The notes beneath the pieces were generated by a model. That model searched no databases. It worked only from the letters and a program-made list of their open reading frames with translations, and was not told the origin of the DNA. DNA of 64,000 bases from Paraphysomonas bandaiensis (taxonomy: Eukaryota; Protista; Chrysophyceae): the NCBI GenBank assembly GCA_965644295.1, contig CBFFRP010000096.1, positions 62,001-126,000 of the forward strand. Reading direction: 5' to 3'. The position numbers were made by a program, and so were the translations under genes. Below are positions 39,956 to 51,629 of the stretch, in pieces. Every line of letters starts with the position of its first letter. Positions within the stretch are counted from its first letter, which is position 1.

Positions 39956-42900
39956 ATGTCAGCTTATGTTGTAGACGGTGAGACTTGTATACATATGATA
40001 CCACTCCATATAACTCATTATTCAGGAATGGTGATTGCAAGAGAAATATTTAACGAGTTAAAGGAAGAGATTTCTTCTAATGCAACGGCTCCCTGTTTGG
40101 CGATAGTGTCAATTGGATGCACAGATGACACTTTGAAGCGCATTGCTGCGAAAAAGACACTATGCAGCGATCTTTCCATTAAGACACTGGATATATCGCT
40201 CCCATGTAATGTGTCTCGTGAAGAAGTTCTTGCAAAAGGTATGCTGTATGCTACTTGGCATATACATTGATGCACTAACGTATATACTTTAAGTTGATGA
40301 GCTAAATATGGATCGTTCTGTTCATGGCATTGTACTAGAGCAACCTTTTCCAGATAGCATAAACATCCAAGATGTGGTAGAGAAAATTTCTAGAGGAAAA
40401 GATGTTGAAGGGCTACACTCTAGTAATATCGCGCAGCTGACAAACACGAAGGTTGACTGGTCTGCTAAGCGGTCGGCCTGGGACTCCCCTCAATCGGATT
40501 ATCACGCGATGTGCATACCTCAGGCTTGCATCGAGATACTAGATAGGCTTGGAATAGATATCGAGGGTAAAGACGCAGTGGTTGTTGGGAGGGCACACAA
40601 TGTTGCAGTTCCTTTGAGCCTTCTTCTAATGCATCGGAATGCCACAGTTACCATTGCACACTGCTGTACCCGCAACCTCCCAGCTGTTATTGGTAGGGCA
40701 GACATCCTGGTTAGCGCACTAGGTCGACCAGAATTTATCAAAGGCGCATGGTTGAAACCGGGTGCAACCGTCATCGATCTTGGTACTACCCGTGTGAACT
40801 CCACGGAGTCTACTTTCAAGGTGGTGGGTGACTGCGAATTCTCTTCGTGTAAGAGCAAAGCTGGGTTCATGACAGCACCAGGTCAAAACAATGGAATTGG
40901 TACTCTAGCCTTCTATATGGTTCTCAGAAATCTTCTAAACTGTACAACTGCTGGACCTGACACTGATAGTGTTGATGGCGCGGTTGATCCGTATTTGCGT
41001 TACGGTGGGGCGTACCTTGGTGACCCCAAAGACACCACGAACTTCAAGTATGTGACTTTCTCTGAAATGCCTAAGTTTACAGATGAGCACAAGTCAGCCA
41101 TGAGTCGTCACCTAACGCCAGATCTATTCAATCAGCTAAAGGACGTCAAGTCTTCTCGCGGGTACACCCTTTCTAATGTGATCATGACAGGTGTGGTCAC
41201 ACCTCACCTTGGGGTAGGTGCAACTGCTGGGGATGAGAGCTGCTGGGAGGTATTCAAACCGTTGTTCAACCCAATAATCAAAGACTGGCATGGATATGAC
41301 CCGGAGACACAGACCCATCCCAAAGACTTGGATCCCTCGAAGTTGGTGTTTACAGAGGAGCAAAGGAAGTTGTTTGAGGATTTTGTGGTGTCCACTCGCA
41401 TACGGGCTGCCCGAAACATATCCGGTTACTCTTTACCAGCTGGCACTGATGATAAAGATCGTGCAGCGGTAGAGGCGGTACTCAAACAGGCATTTGATGG
41501 CCTTGATGGGGAATTGTCGGGTACTTATTATGAGTTAGGAGATCTGACCACTGAGCAACGGGATTTCTTGCTTGAGAAAGGATTTCTCTTCCAAATCCCC
41601 TCTGCAAGGAACTTACTCACAGGGGCAGGTGCAGCACGCTCGTGGCCTAACAACAGAGGTATCTTTCACAATTCCGCACAAACAGCCCTGGCATGGGTCA
41701 ACGAGGAGGACCACTGTCGTATTATCTCCATGGAGATGGGCGGAGATATTCCCTCAGTGTTTACTCGCTTCTGCGCACTTTCTGATGCCCTGGAGGCCTC
41801 TGCGAAGAGAAATGGTACGGAACTAATGTGGAATGAACGTTTAGGCTTTTTGGGTACCTGTCCCTCTAATCTTGGAACTGGGCTACGGGCGTCTGTAATG
41901 ATTCGACTTCCTGAGTTTAATAAACTCTTGGAGGGCGGGAATCAGGAGGACAAAGAACTGCTAGACCAGGTATGCTCCGCATACGACCTACAGCCGCGTG
42001 GTTCAGCTGGAGAGCATTCTGCAGCCGTTGGAGCGAAGTTTGATATATCTAACAAACAGCGACTTGGGTTTTCAGAAGTGCAGCTGGTTCAAAAGATGAT
42101 AGACGGTGTTTCGAAAGTAATTGAATACGAAACTTTACTGGCTCAAGGTGTCGCGCCTGGTGATATACGCCGTCGGCTTTCAGATAGTATGGCTGATCCG
42201 TATTTGCGTTACGGTGGGGCGTACCTTGGTGACCCCAAAGACACCGCGAACTTCAAGTATGTGACTTTCTCTGAAATGCCTAAGTTTACAGATGAGCACA
42301 AGTCAGCCATGAGTCGTCACCTAACGCCAGATCTATTCAATCAGCTAAAGGACGTCAAGTCTTCTCGCGGGTACACCCTTTCTAATGTGATCATGACAGG
42401 TGTGGTCACACCTCACCTTGGGGTAGGTGCAACTGCTGGGGATGAGAGCTGCTGGGAGGTATTCAAACCGTTGTTCAACCCAATAATCAAAGACTGGCAT
42501 GGATATGACCCGGAGACACAGACCCATCCCAAAGACTTGGATCCCTCGAAGTTGGTGTTTACAGAGGAGCAAAGGAAGTTGTTTGAGGATTTTGTGGTGT
42601 CCACTCGCATACGGGCTGCCCGAAACATATCCGGTTACTCTTTACCAGCTGGCACTGATGATAAAGATCGTGCAGCGGTAGAGGCGGTACTCAAACAGGC
42701 ATTTGATGGCCTTGATGGGGAATTGTCGGGTACTTATTATGAGTTAGGAGATCTGACCACTGAGCAACGGGATTTCTTGCTTGAGAAAGGATTTCTCTTC
42801 CAAATCCCCTCTGCAAGGAACTTACTCACAGGGGCAGGTGCAGCACGCTCGTGGCCTAACAACAGAGGTATCTTTCACAATTCCGCACAAACAGCCCTGG

Positions 42901-45900
42901 CATGGGTCAACGAGGAGGACCACTGTCGTATTATCTCCATGGAGATGGGCGGAGATATTCCCTCAGTGTTTACTCGCTTCTGCGCACTTTCTGATGCCCT
43001 GGAGGCCTCTGCGAAGAGAAATGGTACGGAACTAATGTGGAATGAACGTTTAGGCTTTTTGGGTACCTGTCCCTCTAATCTTGGAACTGGGCTACGGGCG
43101 TCTGTAATGATTCGACTTCCTGAGTTTAATAAACTCTTGGAGGGCGGGAATCAGGAGGACAAAGAACTGCTAGACCAGGTATGCTCCGCATACGACCTAC
43201 AGCCGCGTGGTTCAGCTGGAGAGCATTCTGCAGCCGTTGGAGCGAAGTTTGATATATCTAACAAACAGCGACTTGGGTTTTCAGAAGTGCAGCTGGTTCA
43301 AAAGATGATAGACGGTGTTTCGAAAGTAATTGAATACGAAACTTTACTGGCTCAAGGTGTCGCGCCTGGTGATATACGCCGTCGGCTTTCAGATAGTATG
43401 GCTGATCCGTATTTGCGTTACGGTGGGGCGTACCTTGGTGACCCCAAAGACACCGCGAACTTCAAGTATGTGACTTTCTCTGAAATGCCTAAGTTTACAG
43501 ATGAGCACAAGTCAGCCATGAGTCGTCACCTAACGCCAGATCTATTCAATCAGCTAAAGGACGTCAAGTCTTCTCGCGGGTACACCCTTTCTAATGTGAT
43601 CATGACAGGTGTGGTCACACCTCACCTTGGGGTAGGTGCAACTGCTGGGGATGAGAGCTGCTGGGAGGTATTCAAACCGTTGTTCAACCCAATAATCAAA
43701 GACTGGCATGGATATGACCCGGAGACACAGACCCATCCCAAAGACTTGGATCCCTCGAAGTTGGTGTTTACAGAGGAGCAAAGGAAGTTGTTTGAGGATT
43801 TTGTGGTGTCCACTCGCATACGGGCTGCCCGAAACATATCCGGTTACTCTTTACCAGCTGGCACTGATGATAAAGATCGTGCAGCGGTAGAGGCGGTACT
43901 CAAACAGGCATTTGATGGCCTTGATGGGGAATTGTCGGGTACTTATTATGAGTTAGGAGATCTGACCACTGAGCAACGGGATTTCTTGCTTGAGAAAGGA
44001 TTTCTCTTCCAAATCCCCTCTGCAAGGAACTTACTCACAGGGGCAGGTGCAGCACGCTCGTGGCCTAACAACAGAGGTATCTTTCACAATTCCGCACAAA
44101 CAGCCCTGGCATGGGTCAACGAGGAGGACCACTGTCGTATTATCTCCATGGAGATGGGCGGAGATATTCCCTCAGTGTTTACTCGCTTCTGCGCACTTTC
44201 TGATGCCCTGGAGGCCTCTGCGAAGAGAAATGGTACGGAACTAATGTGGAATGAACGTTTAGGCTTTTTGGGTACCTGTCCCTCTAATCTTGGAACTGGG
44301 CTACGGGCGTCTGTAATGATTCGACTTCCTGAGTTTAATAAACTCTTGGAGGGCGGGAATCAGGAGGACAAAGAACTGCTAGACCAGGTATGCTCCGCAT
44401 ACGACCTACAGCCGCGTGGTTCAGCTGGAGAGCATTCTGCAGCCGTTGGAGCGAAGTTTGATATATCTAACAAACAGCGACTTGGGTTTTCAGAAGTGCA
44501 GCTGGTTCAAAAGATGATAGACGGTGTTTCGAAAGTAATTGAATACGAAACTTTACTGGCTCAAGGTGTCGCGCCTGGTGATATACGCCGTCGGCTTTCA
44601 GATAGTATGGCTGATCCGTATTTGCGTTACGGTGGGGCGTACCTTGGTGACCCCAAAGACACCGCGAACTTCAAGTATGTGACTTTCTCTGAAATGCCTA
44701 AGTTTACAGATGAGCACAAGTCAGCCATGAGTCGTCACCTAACGCCAGATCTATTCAATCAGCTAAAGGACGTCAAGTCTTCTCGCGGGTACACCCTTTC
44801 TAATGTGATCATGACAGGTGTGGTCACACCTCACCTTGGGGTAGGTGCAACTGCTGGGGATGAGAGCTGCTGGGAGGTATTCAAACCGTTGTTCAACCCA
44901 ATAATCAAAGACTGGCATGGATATGACCCGGAGACACAGACCCATCCCAAAGACTTGGATCCCTCGAAGTTGGTGTTTACAGAGGAGCAAAGGAAGTTGT
45001 TTGAGGATTTTGTGGTGTCCACTCGCATACGGGCTGCCCGAAACATATCCGGTTACTCTTTACCAGCTGGCACTGATGATAAAGATCGTGCAGCGGTAGA
45101 GGCGGTACTCAAACAGGCATTTGATGGCCTTGATGGGGAATTGTCGGGTACTTATTATGAGTTAGGAGATCTGACCACTGAGCAACGGGATTTCTTGCTT
45201 GAGAAAGGATTTCTCTTCCAAATCCCCTCTGCAAGGAACTTACTCACAGGGGCAGGTGCAGCACGCTCGTGGCCTAACAACAGAGGTATCTTTCACAATT
45301 CCGCACAAACAGCCCTGGCATGGGTCAACGAGGAGGACCACTGTCGTATTATCTCCATGGAGATGGGCGGAGATATTCCCTCAGTGTTTACTCGCTTCTG
45401 CGCACTTTCTGATGCCCTGGAGGCCTCTGCGAAGAGAAATGGTACGGAACTAATGTGGAATGAACGTTTAGGCTTTTTGGGTACCTGTCCCTCTAATCTT
45501 GGAACTGGGCTACGGGCGTCTGTAATGATTCGACTTCCTGAGTTTAATAAACTCTTGGAGGGCGGGAATCAGGAGGACAAAGAACTGCTAGACCAGGTAT
45601 GCTCCGCATACGACCTACAGCCGCGTGGTTCAGCTGGAGAGCATTCTGCAGCCGTTGGAGCGAAGTTTGATATATCTAACAAACAGCGACTTGGGTTTTC
45701 AGAAGTGCAGCTGGTTCAAAAGATGATAGACGGTGTTTCGAAAGTAATTGAATACGAAACTTTACTGGCTCAAGGTGTCGCGCCTGGTGATATACGCCGT
45801 CGGCTTTCAGATAGTATGGCTGATCCGTATTTGCGTTACGGTGGGGCGTACCTTGGTGACCCCAAAGACACCGCGAACTTCAAGTATGTGACTTTCTCTG

Positions 45901-47018
45901 AAATGCCTAAGTTTACAGATGAGCACAAGTCAGCCATGAGTCGTCACCTAACGCCAGATCTATTCAATCAGCTAAAGGACGTCAAGTCTTCTCGCGGGTA
46001 CACCCTTTCTAATGTGATCATGACAGGTGTGGTCACACCTCACCTTGGGGTAGGTGCAACTGCTGGGGATGAGAGCTGCTGGGAGGTATTCAAACCGTTG
46101 TTCAACCCAATAATCAAAGACTGGCATGGATATGACCCGGAGACACAGACCCATCCCAAAGACTTGGATCCCTCGAAGTTGGTGTTTACAGAGGAGCAAA
46201 GGAAGTTGTTTGAGGATTTTGTGGTGTCCACTCGCATACGGGCTGCCCGAAACATATCCGGTTACTCTTTACCAGCTGGCACTGATGATAAAGATCGTGC
46301 AGCGGTAGAGGCGGTACTCAAACAGGCATTTGATGGCCTTGATGGGGAATTGTCGGGTACTTATTATGAGTTAGGAGATCTGACCACTGAGCAACGGGAT
46401 TTCTTGCTTGAGAAAGGATTTCTCTTCCAAATCCCCTCTGCAAGGAACTTACTCACAGGGGCAGGTGCAGCACGCTCGTGGCCTAACAACAGAGGTATCT
46501 TTCACAATTCCGCACAAACAGCCCTGGCATGGGTCAACGAGGAGGACCACTGTCGTATTATCTCCATGGAGATGGGCGGAGATATTCCCTCAGTGTTTAC
46601 TCGCTTCTGCGCACTTTCTGATGCCCTGGAGGCCTCTGCGAAGAGAAATGGTACGGAACTAATGTGGAATGAACGTTTAGGCTTTTTGGGTACCTGTCCC
46701 TCTAATCTTGGTACTGGGCTACGGGCGTCTGTAATGATTCGACTTCCTGAGTTTAATAAACTCTTGGAGGGCGGGAATCAGGAGGACAAAGAACTGCTAG
46801 ACCAGGTATGCTCCGCATACGACCTACAGCCGCGTGGTTCAGCTGGAGAGCATTCTGCAGCCGTTGGAGCGAAGTTTGATATTTCTAACAAACAGCGACT
46901 TGGGTTTTCAGAAGTGCAGCTGGTTCAAAAGATGATCGACGGTGTTTCGAAAGTAATTGAATATGAAATGTTGCTTGCTCAAGGTGTCGCGCCTGGTGAT
47001 ATAAGAAATCGCTTTTAG
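39956..47018 (+). CDS. Fusion protein (~2,320 aa): degenerate FolD (methylene-THF dehydrogenase/cyclohydrolase) domain + five tandem phosphagen (ATP:guanidino) kinase domains
   Basis: Exons 39956-39977, 40026-40238, 40294-47018 in frame. FolD-like VVDG, VHGIV, KDVEG, GKDAVVVGR, NATVTIAH, WLKPGATVIDLG. Each kinase unit has STRIRAARN, WPNNRGIF, WVNEEDH, CPSNLGTG, RGSAGEH, DISNKQRLG. Confidence 0.93.
40985..47015 (+). repeat. Tandem array of 5 x 1,209 bp (403 aa) coding units
   Basis: Units start at 40985, 42194, 43403, 44612, 45821; internal units look identical by eye, with variants only in unit 1 (accacg vs accgcg) and the 3' part of unit 5. Confidence 0.98.
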
Positions 47019-47297
47019 TATTGCTAGATTGAAATTTGATAATGGTTTCGATCTTTCTGATTTTGATGAGTTGTACTCTGTGCATGGAGAGGCCGTCGAT
47101 ATTTAAATCTGTGCTTAGCAGAATGGTATATGCATTACTTAAATAAATATTCCGTAGATTCTACCTGCTAGCATTTGTGGAAGACAATCTAGAATGTGAA
47201 TTTTATTTCCGAAGCTAGGAAAACGTATATATGTATTCGGAAGCTGAGATTTATTAAAACAAGACTGGACATTTAATTGTCTAACGAGTTCTTTGGA

Positions 47298-47685
47298 TGT
47301 AAATGATTATCAGTACCTGGTGGGCCTCAGACATCTTGATGGACACCTGTATTATGTTACCACCAGAGTGATAGAGAGAAGAGGAGTCATTGTTGCATAT
47401 AGGAAACTAGATACGGAAGGAAATACTACCGAGGAGCAAACTCCAATTCATATCAAAGATGTAGTAAAGATGACTCACTCTACAAAGTGTCCGACAAATT
47501 TGTAGAGTGAGTATCTTTACTACATCTTTGATATGAATTGGAGTTTGCTCCTCGGTAGTATTTCCTTCCGTATCTAGTTCCTATATGCAACAATGACTCC
47601 TCTTCTCTCTATCACTCTGGTGGTAACATAATACAGGTGTCCATCAAGATGTCTGAGGCCCTCCAGGTACTGATAATCATTTACA
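47298..47685. repeat. ~188-bp inverted repeat (fold-back) of Copia sequence with ~12-nt spacer
   Basis: 47298-47486 is the reverse complement of 47499-47685 apart from one substitution and two 1-bp indels. Confidence 0.95.
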
Positions 47686-50186
47686 CTCTCTGCTGTTTCT
47701 GAGGTGTCGATTTGTAGATTATCTATTTCGTCGAAATACTCCTGTGAACGCTCTGGAATAGACTCATCAAAGTTAACGTTTACTGTAACAATAATAGCAT
47801 CCAGCAGGTCTGGAATATATATTTGGTGTCCAACAGGTTGTTGACATTGTCCCATATAGTATCCAGGCTTTCCCTTTTCTTTCCACTCTTTGCGGCGCAG
47901 CTCCTTCGGCACGATAGCCCATGCCTTGCAGCCCCAGATCTTCAAGTCACTCACATCTGGTGCGGTTCCAGTAATATACTCAACAGGTGAGATGTATCCT
48001 TTCGTTGTCTTCCTAGGTAACCTGCTGATCAGATATACAGCATGCAAGACTGCTGAACCAAAATACTGATGGCATGCCACTATCGAGCAAGATAGCAAGG
48101 GCCATCTCCTTCACTGTACGATTAGTGTGTTCCGATAGCGAATTCATTTCGGGTGTGTCACGTGGAGTCCAAGTAACTTGTACAGTCTTTGTGCTGGTGG
48201 TTTCACGTAAGTACTGCCTGACATGTTGCCCTACTAATTCTCCTGCGTCATCTGCATGATATCGTCGTAGTTGCAATCCTTCTTTGACAAGTTGGGTCTC
48301 TACCATGTCCTTCATACACTTTAACACTTCACTCCCAGTCTTGTTTTTTAAGCCATAAGCCCATACATGTTTTGCATCACTGTGCTTGAATAGTAACACA
48401 TGTTTGTAGCCTTCCATCGATGGCGTGTTTAGGACTTCCATCGTATCTGCACTAAGCACCCCTCTCTCATTTGGGTTGTTGTCTAAGTTCATCAACTGGC
48501 GTGGAGTCCTGAAGTTCTTTCTGGTGAGTTTCGACCGCATGCAGGTATTACATTTGCATATCGTTTTTTTATGCTTTTTCCTGAAATATTTCTTGTCCAG
48601 ATTTATTCCATCAACGAGGCCTCGGCGGTCGGACTCAGTCAGTTTATCATAGTTGACATGGCCAAGTCTTTTGTGCCATAAAATTCGCTGGTCATCAAAT
48701 CCCTGCTCCTCAAGTGCTACTGAGGATTCTTCTCAAGCTGAAGTAAGTCTTCGAGTCGAACTGGATATAATCCATTAACACTTCTCTGTCTAATGAGTGT
48801 CTTCTTCGTAGTCTTATTTCGAATGACGACTTCATCATTATTGAACGTCACAACACAGCCCCTATCTGTGATGCTCTTGAGGTTCTTACTTGCTTCAGGT
48901 GCGTAGTACACCTTTTTAAAGCTTCCTACATCGCCAACACTGTGTATTGACAGTTTACCTTTGTTCGCTGTGGACATCTGCCTATCAGCGCGCTGAAGGT
49001 TGGTCATGTGGTTTTTGGAGGTGAGGATCATCTTGTTGCACCCGCTGTCTAAATAAATAACATCTGACATGCTCTGTGCTAGATTCACCTCTTCTTCCAC
49101 ACATATCATCGATTCATATCCCGCCTCATCTTCTGAATCATGTACAGACACTCGCGGTTTCTTCTTTTTCTTGTAGGGTGCCGTTTCACTTCTAGGGTCT
49201 CGCCCCCGTTTAGAACTGACCACTGCAGCTTTAGCAGTCTTCAAGTGGAAGCAGTCTTTAGTCTGATGGCCTGGGATATCACATATCTCACACACAGGTA
49301 GCTTAGTTTTGTAATCACCCCTGCTTCTGTGATCTCTATCTTTTCTCTGTGATCTTGTCCCCTTCATCCTCTTTATGACATGTTCTGGAGTCTTGCACTC
49401 CCTAGCAAAGTGGCCAAGTTTTTTGCACTTATTGCATCTGCCCTTTCTCTTGTGCTCTTTCCATTTACTGTCATCCACTGCTTGATTGACACTGTCTTCC
49501 CCTGAATTTTGCAACGCATGCTTGCCGAATGATGTGTTTTCATACCCTTTGATTAGGCTGCTTGCTCTTGCGTATGTCACATTGTTTGCTGTATACAGGC
49601 TGTGTGCTAGTTGGGAATATCTCTTGTCTGTGAGACCTTCCTTTAGTCGAGTGAGCTTGTCGTCTTCCGTGACTTCACGACCTAGATTCTCGAGAATCTT
49701 GGCCTGGGCTTCAACGCTGTCGACGAACTCTGCTCCTGACTGACTTGAGGTAATCTTCATTGAATTGAACTTTGTGACCTCTGCCTGTACTGTATTCTTT
49801 TCAACATTGAGAAATCTCTCTTCCAGTGCCTGTAGTAACGCTTTTGCTGTACTTCCTTCGTAGAGAGCCGCTGTTGTTCCTGCTTTTGGATGAGCATTGC
49901 ACACTTCCATCAGGAAGGAGTACGCGGTCTCGTTCCGGGTGTTCCAGAGTTTCTTCGCTTTGCGTAGTCGCTTCTTCTGTGCATCAGTCATATGAGCACC
50001 CGCTGAGACTGTAGAGTCTAGATCATGAATGTGCCTTGGTTTATCCTTTGAGAGGACAAGATGAGCTCGATTGTGTCTCATGAGGAATGAGGTGAAGAAC
50101 TTCTTGAATTTCTTGAAGTTCAGTTCCTCGAAGGGAGGTACCTTTGAGCCTGAGGCGACATTCGCGAAATTTCCATCCGCTACCAT
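47499..50186 (-). mobile_element. Degenerate Ty1/Copia LTR retrotransposon (gag-protease-integrase), truncated before RT; no LTR identified
   Basis: Gag Zn knuckles CNKCKKLGHFAREC and CEICDIPGHQTKDC, protease YLDSGC, GAG-pre-integrase WHKRLGH...C.C..C, integrase D..D..E region (ADTM, YHADDAGEL, PEMNSLSE), SH3-like WGCKAW; PR-IN order; frameshifts. Confidence 0.92.
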
Positions 50187-51221
50187 ATTAATTTAAGCTT
50201 TTAGTTAGTGCAGTATTGACTGATTGATATAGTAAGTTTATGATGTTGTAGCACTGTGAGTTAGGAACCACGTCATTCACCAACATCAACATTCTGTTCT
50301 ACAAATCATATCTTTAACAGCTACCATATTTTCAGTTTCTTTGTATACTTGTAGTAGCTACTCCTATAGTGTAGTCATGTATATTCTGTATTTCATTTCT
50401 ACATAGAATACAGGAAACTACTAGCGATTGGCTTTACCAAACTTCAAGTACGCACGTAGGAGTTGGTTGTAGTTCAATATTGGAAAGCTGAAAGCGAAAA
50501 CCTCTTTCAGTAACTAGAATACAATATAAAAGTGGTGTTGGAGGTACATGACAACATCAATGTCCTTTGCTGCTATGCTACATCTACTATTTGCTTGTAC
50601 AACACAACATTTTTATAATGGTATGACTCTATCGTTCAACTTAAAAGGGTTGTTCGCATGTAATGTATAACTATTAGTTATGATTCCATTGTAGAATGTA
50701 GTCGCAATATGTTAGAATAGAAGTATACAGAAACCCAAATAGTAGTGTGGGGGTGCTGATTACTTTCCTTGATATGTAGTGGTCATCTATCATACCGATC
50801 ACTCTTTTCTCAAGCACATAAACTTTACACACAGAAGAATTCTACACTCAACTGCGCATCAGTATGTCGGTCTCCATGAAGCGAGAGTTGTGGAGATCTT
50901 CTGGCGATTCTCAACAGCAGTGTACTGATTCTTATGAAGCACTGGAATATCTACTTGAGGGGTGTGCAGGATGATTCATGGTCGAGTTGTCAGTGTGGTA
51001 TGTACTATAGACTGACGTGTGTCTTGAGGCGGGTGTATCTCTGAGTGTTGTCTTAGTGGGGACAGGGAGTGATTATTTCCTGTTGTTGTAGACTTATGTG
51101 AGTGTTAGTGATGGTGTGAGGTGAGTGGGTATATATGGGAGGTCATGGGACTGTATATATGAGTAGACTGTAGAGATAGCTACAGGATGTGTCATAGGTA
51201 CGATATGCTGTATGGTATGCT

Positions 51222-51283
51222 GTATGGTGGTAGTCGTATGGTGTGAGTCGTATGGTGGTAGTCGTATGGTGTGAGCCGTATGG
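51222..51283 (+). repeat. Short minisatellite of alternating 14-bp units gtatggtggtagtc / gtatggtgtgagtc
   Basis: About 4.5 units visible. Confidence 0.8.
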
Positions 51284-51629
51284 TATATAGATGTGTGTTC
51301 TTGTTTGATGTTAGCTACACTGCTGGTAGCTACAGCCAGCAGGATATGGTGGGATGATGTGTGTGTCTGGTGCCATGAAGTTTGCCATAAAAGGAAGTCG
51401 AAATCTATCCTCCAATAGTATTATCTCATAATAAAATAGAGAGGTATTATTGGCTATTCAGTACAACACTATGTTTGATGGAGGTGTGGCTATCAGTATT
51501 GTACTATATACTGTACACCAGTACATCAGTGTACAGGTACATGTACAGGTGGAGTGGTATACCATACAGAGCAGGCTGATATATGCAAGCCACATGCATG
51601 ATATGGAGTGATATTGCTACACAAGTGAT

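Noticed and set aside
41136-46662. Small ORFs recurring every 1,209 bp in other frames and strands
   Set aside because: Shadows of the repeated kinase coding unit
50176-50200. TGGTAGCGGA (minus) as a tRNA-Met primer-binding site of the Copia element
   Set aside because: Only a partial match and no adjacent LTR ending in CA, nor a second LTR copy in the window
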